Of a DNA stretch of 64,000 bases, positions 1-11,926 are shown piece after piece. The notes under the pieces were generated by a model. The model worked only from the letters and a program-made list of their open reading frames with translations. It searched no databases and was not told the DNA's origin. The translations under genes and the position numbers were made by a program. Source of the stretch: Auanema rhodensis (lineage: Eukaryota; Animalia; Nematoda); contig OZ059894.1 in the NCBI GenBank assembly GCA_964057225.1, positions 14,632,001 through 14,696,000 of the forward strand. The letters run 5' to 3'. Within the stretch, counting starts at the first letter, position 1, and each line of letters opens with the position of its first letter.

Positions 1-830
1 GTGGGTAAGGAGCAAATTCATCAACGGCATCAGACCAAAAAGGATAGTAAATGGAATATGAATGAGGGCCATTTTTTGAGAGAAAGAGTGTGAACTTCGT
101 CAGACTTGAAGGGAAATCGGATATGTGTGATATTGAGCTATGCTAACTATAATATATGATCAAGAAAGGAAATGATGATGATGAGGAACATACATGCAGA
201 CTATATAGAAATATATCAAGACTATGTAAATTTAAGACGACTGCACGATGATTGAACCATTCAGCTTAGATATGAAAGGAAAGTTGGAAGAGTTTCAGAA
301 GAATCAAAAGAATCTAATCAGTTATTAAGAAATGATGATGAGGGAACAGGTCAAGCAGAATTACCTCCTCCATCTTTCCTAGGCAATAAACATCGAAATC
401 AGCTAATGCATGAGATTGACTACAGTTGAAAGCAAATGTGTAGGAAAATAAAACCATATTAAATACTGATAAGGCAAATTGTAGAAAAACACAAACAAAA
501 AGCTGTATATTGAAATGAAAGTGGTTATCGTGGGTTGAAGTTTGGTTGGGTAGATAAGACGACCGAGAGTGTTCGACTAGTCACTAGGACAGACAGAGAG
601 GGAGTATTACAGTTTTTGCGGCTTATCACCATTCGCAATAAGATATCTAAGACTGAGGTGTGTTCGGGGTACGGCAGTCCGTTTGAGGTATGAGATACTG
701 AGGAAGAAAGAAACCATCAGATTCGGATGTGATGAAGAGAAGGTAGATAGATTTGAGGAAGACAAACCACAACTTGATGTTGAAGGACAGCCAAACAAAA
801 CAAAAACGTGGTAGTACATGATTGCATGTC

Positions 831-3800
831 CTATGCACACCATGGTTCTCGTATACTTCCTAAGGTTTCCAATAGCCTGTGGAGATTATCGTCGTCACTT
901 CTGGAGTTTGGAGCTCGCGACCGCGGTGATCCTGCATCAGAGCTGCGCTCACTAGTACTGGCTGATGAATAATCCGATTTGTCCGAATTGTCGGGTAAAC
1001 CCCAAATTGATTGTTTGGAATAATCTTCTACCTGAAACACCACGATGAAGCATAAATAATAGATAACAAAACTTACAAAAACGGGTTTTTCGCTTAGTTG
1101 TGTTGTGTATATAGCTGCAGGCCAAATGGGCTCATCTCTTTTGTTGAAAGATCCGAAATGACCAGGTAGTGGTTCCTCGTTAGAGAAGCCGTTACGATTC
1201 AAATTTCCGAGGTCATTCGAATTTCGGTTAGGAGTGACATTGGTGTTGTTACATAACTTCATCGTAGCCATCATCTGCTGATTCGACATGGTGGAACGGT
1301 ATTGAGGGAATTGAGCAACATGGACTGGCTGAGTGTTCATAGGTGGCATTGAATTATTAGCAAACTCATAGGCTTCAGAGAGTCGAGCTTCTTGAGCACA
1401 TGAACCCCAGATGCGATCGGATAAAAACAGCTGAAAGAGTGATCATAAATATTTATAGTAAGGTGCTTCAATATTTAGATAATTTGAATACTACTATGCT
1501 TACCGGGTTAGCATTTCGTTGGTTGGTGTTATACATCCAAGGAGACTGCTGCTTTTGAGCATTATGCATAGCCTAAAACAATAACTTATATCAGATGTAA
1601 ATCAAATAAAAGTCATACGTGACTATTGTAAATCTTATGCTGTGCTCTATGCATGATTCCATCATTTCGTTCACGACGATGATCAGGACTTGCGACATAG
1701 AAGGTGTAGGATTTCTAAAAAAACATCCATTAATTTAGATTACTCCCTCATTGAAAATGTTTTAAATTGCTTGTTTCAATTCTATTCTGCTAAATATCTG
1801 CAGATATAAGAGGAAGGCAGCAGAAACGGAAGCTTGACGCAAACGGTCATTAATCAATCGAAAGAAAAGATGTCGCTATCGGCAGTCGGAACAACCGGTA
1901 TTTTGTTACAATGGTGAGTCGAAAAGCTTGATAAGCATGTCTCGACAATAAACAGTCGTACATCCATTTCAAGATGCCACATATAGATTGCAAAGTAAGA
2001 AAAAAACTATTTATGATCTAAACTCACGTAAAGGAAATCATGATTGTTTGGCATATTCTGAAAAAAAAACAAATAATGTTTGTTATTCTAAACTTCTTTG
2101 AAGCAAGAAAAGAAGTTTTGGTTGGAAACATACCCTATGTTGGCAATTGTCACAACGGCCCGAAGAGTGAGTAAGAGAGTTATTATTCCTCCGATGATCC
2201 TGTGGAGAATAAAATCTACGAGCCTGTTTTTTCAGCTGCACAGCTCGTCGTCGTTGGCAATCCAAGAAAGCCTACAATTAATAACAGATTTACTTGAATA
2301 TCAAAGTATTCGATAGCTTACCTCATTATTAGCAACTTTGTCGTATATACAAAACATCATGATCAAATATTCATCCTCCACATCTTCCCCATTTTGAAGA
2401 GGGAAGACAATCGAACTAACAGCGACCAACAATCTGATGAGAAGCGCTGGGATATTCTGAATATTATCATATTAGAAAAAAACAATCCTTTCTGGAAACT
2501 TACGTCATCACTGATGTTGGCAATGTTGCCATTTCCTTCTACTGCATCTCTGGTCTCACCAGACTTAGGCTCATATTGGCGAATAGGGGTCAGAAGCAAC
2601 TGACGTAAAGTTACAATTGCGCAACGAACACAACCAACATTTTGTGAAAAACTTCGAAGATGCTCGCGGATAGCGATTGAGCGATTCTTGAGTTTTTGAA
2701 TTGACTGAAGAATCTTCTTTCTTGCTCCTTGGGTAACCTAGAAGAATATCATTATAAAATTTTACAGCTTAATGATACTGTACCTGTCGGCGTTCGAGTT
2801 CACTTTCATCGAGGTTGAGCATTTCATCGTAGCTCATTTCTTGGAACATTTCCGTGTATTTATGTAATCGAAGAGCTTTCAACCAAGTTGGAACATCTTA
2901 AAATTGATAAATGTTGATCATTAAATTTTACAAATTCAACTTTTTTCATATTTTAAAGTGCGATTTCTACTATTACTCTGATTATACGAGATCAACTATC
3001 GTAAGAATTAATGGCTAGTTTTGTGAAATGTACTTGCATAAGTATGTTTCAATATTGCTTCATCACAAGTTTGCTCGGACTAACAACTTCTGATAATAAT
3101 AAAAAGTGCAGAAGACAAAAGTTTTCGAAGTTACCGAATACAGTAATCGAAAACTATCAGTCAGAAAGTCGTAAGAACAAAGGATATCCTCAATTCTACA
3201 AATTGACAAAAAAGTCTTTCCCACGTTGAAAATAGTGAGGACAATAGATTACTCATCCACTTTCATTTTTGAGCAAGGCATCTACTCTCATTCTCCATGA
3301 CCCCGATTTCAGTGTTTTCCCAATTTTCGTGAAAAGTAAATCGATTGATTGTTTATAAAGGCATATGAGACTTGCGAGGTTATAGAAGGAAGCATTAGTG
3401 CTGATGACCTAGGGAAGTTGCAATGAATGATGAACCAGCCGTCCAAAGCAGTGGTCGTTGTAATCTCGTTGGTTTGCTATGTCTATCGAAAGATATTGTT
3501 CAAGTTTGCGTTGGCGCTCGTAAATCAGCACCGGAGTGCCAAGCAAGGAAAAGTAACGTCGAAAGAGATAGTCTTGATTTGGATGTGTAAAGAGAAAAGA
3601 GAAATGTAAATGAGAGATCGAAAGACTAAGGACGAGCTATCGCAAAAGAGGATAATCCTGAACAGATCAGACTGATAGACTACAGCATGATAAGCGTGTT
3701 GTGCGAATCTTGAATCAGATGAGACAACCGATAAGGCATGGATAATAATAATATGATTGATGAGAATAGTCTATAGAGAACCTAACGAACTGTAGATATT

Positions 3801-5289
3801 TCAATAAGATAGCATTAATCTTATAATATCACGTTTGTACTTCTGTCTGGTTGGCAAAATCTGCATCGCGAACAATCAACCTGGAAACCGGGCGGTTGCT
3901 GTTGCACATTAGCCGGCATGGACAAGGAAGAAATCATGGAACTATTCAAATGCGATAACTTTTCACTCTAGACATTATAAATCGGGTTCAGGTTAAGATT
4001 TTTCATCTTTAAGACCGTATCGAAGACACGTATACCTCTCCTTCCGTAAAATCTTATCTTGAGTACATCAGGGGCTTCTTTTCATTCCTCCTACATAAGA
4101 AGAGGGGTAATTGTTGCGAAAATGAAGTAAATGAAGACAAGATTCGGAAGATACTATTCTTCTCCATATTTAGAATGTGATATAAATTGCCATTAATTTT
4201 GAACCGTTTAATGGTTCTATCACTTCGATCGCAACACTAAAAACACAATTAGAAGAGTTTAATGTAGAATTTCGAAGCCCCAATCATATTGAAACATGCA
4301 GAAGTATTGTCCATCTCTCAGATAAGATAAGAGCGTTCAATCAGAAGCACGGATAGCAATTGTTGCCAATAGATTCAGAAAAGCACATCTGTCCCCCAAA
4401 CAAAGTCCGGGCGCCTGTACTAACAAAGGAATCTCATCCGCACAAAAGGTGGAAATGATGAGCTGACAATGAGGGATAGAATTAGGAAGAAGAGATATAT
4501 TTCTGTCTCTTCTTTTCAAAAGCTGGCGTTTAGAAGGAACTCAGCCCCGTAGACACAGCTGTCGTAAGTACAGACAACTCTTGGTTTTTCTCTCGCACTA
4601 ATACTGCTTATTTAACAGAACAGTATCGTTTAATGCCAAAACAGAGACAGAGTGTGGAAAAACGGAGAAGAGCCTAACACAACAATTGGCAGGATTAGCA
4701 GACAACAAAATCAAAATATTGTAAACAATACTTACCTTTCATTCCAGGCTTGAAGCTTTCACCAATTGCCCGTCGGTTATATTCGAAAGAGAAAGACTTG
4801 ACGGATCCTTTACACGAATGGCGACAGTTCATTGAGGAAGAGGATGAACTATCTTCATATGAACTACTGGAGTCGTGTTGCTGAAATGACATCGTTGAAC
4901 GTCAGATGTGGTCAGTGGAGCAGCACAGTCTAGTTGATGAAGTGCTACTAGTCATACTACTGAATCAAGCGGTCATAATTTGACCGTGATAAGATAAGAT
5001 AAGCAACTGTCCCAGGCTTGTCCTGATGATCTGGGCTCAGGTCCTCAACTTGTCGGCAAAAACAAGGAAACAGGACAAACAAAGAATAGCTACCAAATCT
5101 TATCATCTCATGTGATATGATATTGGACTCTACAGAAGGCAAAAGAACTTACATAGACTGAAGGTGGAGATCGGCTGCCAGAAGACATTCCATCATTGAA
5201 GGTTGCTGTGTATGGTGAAGTAGCACCATGAGAAACCTGACCGTATTGCATGGCTGAGGTAAAACACTGTGAGTGAATCATGCCTTCAT
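831..5289 (-). CDS. SAMD4: Smaug/SAMD4-family RNA-binding protein (SAM + PHAT domain), core exons
   Basis: Exons (minus strand): 5289-5153, 4880-4736, 2896-2784, 2737-2504, 2456-2322, 2271-2134, 2057-2028, 1714-1619, 1572-1504, 1430-1077, 1031-831 (stop TAG at 833-831). All junctions are GT..AG and phase-consistent. The spliced translation contains [63 protein letters not shown], the Smaug/Vts1 SAM signature (WLKxLRLHKY...VTxGAR). A PHAT-like region follows (LRQLLLTPIR...NIPALLIRLL...DKVANNEAFLDCQRRR), then an N/Q/S-rich tail. The symbol names the family homolog, not a verified ortholog. Confidence 0.93.
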
Positions 5290-8200
5290 CTGAAAAAATA
5301 TGGAATATAAAAAATTAAAATGAGATTAATAAACGACAGAAGAAAAATAAGGCAGGTTTGCATATGAGAGAGTAAATGAGACATCATGCCGTAGCATGGT
5401 TAGGAAGTATATATGTAAATGAACGTGGGAGGGGCGGGTAAGCCACTTGTCTAAAAGATGTAAGAATTGAGGTCTTCCTCATTTATTGGATAACCTATGA
5501 GCAGGTTTACTATCGAGGAGAAGAGAAAGGAGACAAGGAAGAACTTAAACAAAAGATTAATGAAATTCGAAGTGTGATACGTAAGCAGATATATAGAACT
5601 ATGAGTAATACTTTAGCTAATGATTTCATAAATTATAAATGCAATCGCAATTTATAAGTGTAAGATGACGTAATAACATATGGAATAAACCACTAAATTA
5701 GCATAGGATGAGTTGACGAGAAAAATTGAATGGGAGGTCCCGACTAATTTCACATCCTTTCTGGGAATTCTGGATTAAGAGGCTTGAGCTACTCTCACAA
5801 GACAAGTGGCTGAGACTGAGCAAGGAGTGTCGTCTGAAGGAATGCACACCCATCCGTAGCTCCGCCGACTTCCGATGACCTGATATGGAATAGGCGGCAA
5901 GTTGAAAGGCTGACAGCCTAAGATATAAGGTGAAGGCGAGATCAAGATGTAACGGAGGTGTGCCGAAAAAATAACTTTCGACACCTCAGGTTACTTAACC
6001 AATTGAACTATTTAAAAGAACCGGCTCGAAAGCATGAACAATGTTCATAGCGGAATTATTAAAGGTAAAATGTGGAACTGGAACAATGAACACAAGAAAC
6101 TAACAAAGCGAAAAATAGAAACAAAAAGTTCAGTTCAACCGAGCTCAAAAGGGAATAGCTCATCTCCATAAAGTTGAAAAAATGAACAATATTGAGAACG
6201 AACAGATCAAAGAGTGAAACCAATGGTTTACCAAACCGTCGACTTACGATGAAAAGCATATTCGCAGATAAAACCAAATGCATGCTACATCTGAAGTTGT
6301 CCGAAAACTATATACTACATTTCAAATATATTAGAAAAGAAAATATTTATGGCCTAAATAATGTTATAGACAAAAGCGTCTCACATTGTAACGCTATCGA
6401 CAAGACAAGCTACTGTCTAGGAGTCGACCTGTGGTTTGCTAGAAAACGCACTTGGTTTCGAACTATGAAGTCAAGAACAGAGACAGAACTGAGAGGCATT
6501 CAAGAAACATGAAAGAAGTGTCTCGATCAGTATTGTACCAGACCGGGAGGGGGTGTGTCTGAACATATATGAAGAGAAAACGAGAGACGTAGGTATAATA
6601 GAGAAAAGAATAGCACTGCGTTTATACTTAGAACGAAACGGTACTAAAGACTGAGGTAATTTACGACCTGAGGTCAGCTGCCCAGACGAATATCAACCGT
6701 ATACCACCCATGAAGTAGAGAGTTATGATATACAGTTTCGAAATCAACGAGACCACAAGCAACGAATAAACAGTAAGGTTGTAAAACTAAGCCATCTTCA
6801 TGTAAATTTTACAACTAGAGTGGAAATCACTAAAATCTTTTAGAGCGTGCTTCCACTCCCATTGGCATTACAAAGAAACCTATGGATTATGAACGATTGA
6901 CAGGTCAGATATAATCCTGAATCGCGGTACCTTCTACAGAATATCCCGACTCATGTCATAGTTCAAGTGACAACTAGACTCAAGTTCAAGAAATCGGGAA
7001 CGAAGTGCAAATTGCGCAGAGATCAACCTTGACAAGAAGCGATGAATGTTCCAAAATTGCCGACCTATTCAAAACTTGCAACAGGAAAGATTAAAAGTAG
7101 CTTGAGGCATATTAAAACAAAATTGTTAACGCCCATACTGAGTCAAACTCTGAGACAGTGAACAGTAAGACATTCGAAATAAAGCAGATGTTAAGCAACG
7201 GAAAACAGAATATCAATCATATAGTAACCAAAAAATGACATGTTGTAGATAGGTAGAAATTGATAATAGATTGACCAAAAAGAAATACCAATGGGAAAAA
7301 TTAAAAGCTCAATAACTTGAGCTGGGCAGAAATATATATATAGAGAGAGAGGGGGAGAGGGAGAGAGAGAGAAATGGATAGATAGATGGCATTGCGCGAT
7401 TATGAGCTATCAGATTACATGAATAAGGCGCATACGTTACGTGTTGCTCTGGTAAGTAACCTGTTTGAAAAAACAATAGAGTTGAAAAAATACATAAACT
7501 ACTAAAAGAATAATCTACATTTATCATCATGAAGAGACACATGACTGGTTGGCGGTGGATTTAGGCCATTCTTCCCAGTTGTCCGAAAAAGATGAATGGA
7601 ATAATATACGGTTAGTGGATAGTGCTGATAGTGATGACAAGAGAGTCATATATCATATGTCGAGACTGTTATTATGGGAATTGATAATAATAGGTATGAG
7701 CCAAGTTGTCTTCGAGAAGATCAACTCATTAGAATATCTCCAAGGCATTATAATTGGGTTCGAGTGAAGGACAAATTAGAAATTTTTTTGAAATTATTAT
7801 AATATAGTATAATATAGTTATAATCAATATAGTGAAAAATAATCAAGATATACGAAATTCCTTACGTAAAGTCGACGAATGGCATGTTGCGCGGAGAAGG
7901 TGCGCGTTGATTTGTAAAAACCACACAACCGATTTTAGCGTAAATTAAATATAAAATGGTAGTTCACGTGAGCTCAACTTGTTTATGCTAATTACTAATC
8001 AATAATTGAATGACCGGTCTAAGCTATTCGCTCAATAGTCGGAATTTGTCGCGAATGCTTTCTATGAACAGAGAATGATACATAGATTTTAATAGGCCCA
8101 CAGTTGTTTTTGTTTCTTCCTCCCAATATTAGAGACACAGAGAGACTAAACGTGGGCCCAGATGTAGTATTTTTAGCTATTAACAAGTTTGATCTGGAAT

Positions 8201-11200
8201 CAAATCAACTAAAATATTAAAAGAAATAAAATATATGCTATCAATTAGAAAATAATTATAGAGTAGACGAGTAAAATATGGAATTTCGCAAATAATACAG
8301 AATCTTCTAGACAGGCAGTTAATATTTCCGGGCTGTCTGGAATTATGAAATATGTATTATATTGCATTATATTATCCTACAGTCATATAATAATACAATG
8401 CCCAAAAGCATAACATGACCCTAAAAACTGTCTGGCGTTTTGATTTCGGCAGCCAAGGGGCGGGCCATTATCGGATCATGTGGCGTGAGAAAATAACCCA
8501 CAGCTATGGTACAGTTGGGCGGGAGGAAGTCCGGAACGTACCTTATAATAAGTAAACAGTTCTTAAAGATACATGGATTTTATAGAAAATTTAAAAGCAA
8601 TCAATGAAAAATATGTAGTGAGAGTGAATCAAGTGCACATATCCGGTGTTACAAAATGGAAGAAGTGCAAGGCAAAGTAAGAAAAACTGAAAAACTACAG
8701 ATTGAATAGGATAAGAATCATAAAAAAGGAATGAAACTGATGGCTAATGAAATATTAGTACTAATGCTCGCCACAAGCATCGAAGTTGTTGTGCACTACT
8801 TCTGCTCTGTTAAGACTGTGGCAGACGGCCTGTCGAATAAGGCTTCTGTGACCTGTTATGTCATGAAGAATTGCCTGCGTAACGCACGAGCAGCCTGAGT
8901 ATTCCTCAGTAGGTTATGTTGCTATTAGGTGTTTCGAAAACTAGAGATGATGTTGCTTATGATGATTAAACAGTAGAAATGAAGCTTCAAGGCAGATAGG
9001 TCGTCGAAAAGAAGAAGATAATAAGGAGAGAGCGATTGTTGTAAATAGGCGAAGCCAAAATGCGTAATCAGATAACTAAACAGAGGAATACACGAAAATT
9101 AGTTTGTTTAGAGCATAGATAGGAACATATTAGATATAGAATAAAATAAAAATTTCGATGCTTGTTGTTGTTTAGATCAAACAAAAAAGTCGAAAGACAT
9201 CCGAAAATAGATATGGTCACTCTAGGAGCTTAAGTATATCTAACGATAGTTTCAGAAGCATTGAACGGAGAAAGTGCTTTCACTCTCTTTCTGGGAGATA
9301 GAGAAGGAAAGTTGAAGACGGTAAATAAAGGTGATTGAACGAGAATGCAGTGTGGAAGAATATTTTCTATCCCTCTCTCCGTATCTCTCCCTCTCCCGTC
9401 CACATTCCCCTCTCTCTTTCTCTTCATCAATGTTCTCTGTTCTCTCCACCTTTTCGCTTTTCAATTAATAAAAAATTTAAAGAAAATGAGGACATCAATA
9501 AAAATTACATAAAAAAAACAAGCTAAAACGCGCTACGTTATCGATGCGATTCTTGAAAATCATGGAAAATAGAAGAAAAAAAAGCGTAAAACTGTATATA
9601 AACAGGTGAGAGATAAGAGTAATCGGCTTTCAAAATAGAGGCCTCTAAGTACTCTTTTACTTCCAGAACTAGCAGCAGCCAACAGGCAACAGCAGCCTTT
9701 TCACCACATTGCAAGCGCCTAGACAGAATACAAGACAAGCCACGCCTACTCTTTCCTTTCCTCGTCGTCGCCTAAACGTTGAAAGTGCAACGGATGGGTG
9801 GAGCTAACGCATGGCGACCAGGCGATGAGAAGACTCGTCTGACGATGATGACGACGACGTCGTCGGTGTCGTTGGTTTGATGCAATAGGAAGATGTCGTC
9901 GTGATGGTCGTCTGGCAATGGTGTCAACCATCTTTGATGATCGAGTATGATTAGGAAAACAAGAGAAGATGAGAAAGAAAGTTGTATTCAGGAGTATGAG
10001 CACGGCATTCATCTACACGAAATGAAGGTGTTGTGAAAATATTGTAAAGGTTAAACAGATTCTTCGAGCAACTATGGTTAGGTCAATGTTGTACATGTTT
10101 GAAGTAGGCATGTCTTCCTTAAAAGGTGCAGGAACAGTTAGCGGGATTTGAAGAACGCGAGTATGACGTAAGTTGCCCTTCTATATGAAATCTTAATGTT
10201 TGCCCAAAGAAACGTAGTTGAAAACACATCGAGAATTTTGTTTGACTGAAGACTGTCAGGAAGAGAAAATATTTGAAAAAAATAGAAGGAAAAAGTATAG
10301 GCGGTGGTGATGAAAGAAAAAGAATATTATAATTTTTTTTTTAAAATGAAAATAGGCGATTGCATGAAAGCTCACAAAAGTTTTGATCCTCCTATTTCTT
10401 CGCTTATTTTTTTAAAAGAAATCTGAGCTCTTTTCCGTCTCTCCTCACCTCTCTATTTCTCTCTTGACGATAAGGGCGACAACTCAATGAAATGTTGCAC
10501 TATTGGTCTCTCGTTTTCGTTTTTTCTCTCTCAATAGTTGCGTTATCTTACACTCAAAAAGCAGGTATTTTTTTTTATCTTGAAGCAAATTCCATATTTA
10601 ACCAATATAGTTCATGAACAGTGAGCAAAGTAAAGAAATCAATTCATGGCTTGCAAGAGAAATGACGAATAGAAAAACGGCTTTAAATTAAAAAAATATG
10701 AAGAAAAATTAGGCAGTTTAAAGAGATAGAAGGACAGGCAGAGAAGGAATTTGATGTATAACAGTACTGTGAGAACTTATTAACCGTAGTGTTCACATAA
10801 AAGGGCACAGTCGGATGCCATGGAAATCTCTATGAGATACTAAAGCTAGAACATTGTAATGTTCGTGGTTGACAAGATGACAAGATAGTTACAATTAATT
10901 TTCATGTTCATCCCTCCTCCATCATGTCTCTTTAGGGCGCATCGATCTAACAATCGTACTTTATTCGGAAAAAAGAAAAGATTTTTTTTGATCATTTCAA
11001 GAAACTAATTGATAAAGAAAAATCATTTAGTAGTTATGTCTTTTCTTAATCGTTCCTCCTTTTTTAAAGTATGAGAGTCTATTCATCTGTAGTATTGTAT
11101 ACCAAATGTATCTTTCCTGCTATCAATTCTATTTTGCAGTCCTATCTCTGTTCTATTCTGCAACATTTTCTCATTAGGAATTTCCTTCTGAATTGCACTT

Positions 11201-11850
11201 CATATCTGCATTTATTCAGAGAAGACTGTAATTTCTGAGTCTTATCAATTAAATTCACGAACACAAAAACTATTCCTTATTATCTGGAATGATATGAAAT
11301 TTCATTTAGAATTTGCTTAAGCAATTTGAAATTAAAATGAATGATTAGGATGAACACAACAGCTTCAATGAATGGATGAGCAATTAGGTAATAATCCTGT
11401 TACTTCAAACTCTGATTCAACTAGCACCTTACTTCGTTCGTCGAATATATCCCTTCGTCACTCACACTCTTTCCATACGTTCATTCCTTGTAATGCGCTC
11501 GTCCTCCTATCCGTTTGGTCCTTCCGATGATCAAAATAACGGAACTGGCTTCGACCTCGAACGAAAAGAGATGAGTGTCTGATTTGTATCTTTCTTTGTT
11601 TCCATCCAGTCAAAATGGCCATATAAAATGACTTTTCCTCGATGTATCTCTCCCTCTATCTTGCCCCCCTCTCTCTCATTTCGCTTTTTTTCATTTTAGT
11701 CCATAAATTTATTCCGAAAAAAGGAAAAAAAATGGTTTAGAGGAGAAATCAATCGTATCATTGACTGATAATGTTGCAATTTGTCTTAATGCTTCTATAG
11801 GCTTGAATCAACAGATGGACTTAATGCTAGTGCGTATGCATTATATCATC

Positions 11851-11926
11851 CAGACTGGACCAGAATAATCAAGCCGCCTTCAGACAGCTGACTGTCTGAA
11901 GTCGGCTTGATTATTCTCTCCGTTTG
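11851..11926. ncRNA. Long near-perfect hairpin, pre-miRNA-like or foldback
   Basis: Arms 11862-11887 and 11892-11917 are 26-nt reverse complements with 1 mismatch and a 4-nt loop. About 8 further bp (cagac-gga / tccgtttg, one bulge, one G.U on the plus strand) extend the stem to ~34 bp. The hairpin itself is certain; its function is not. Confidence 0.4.
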
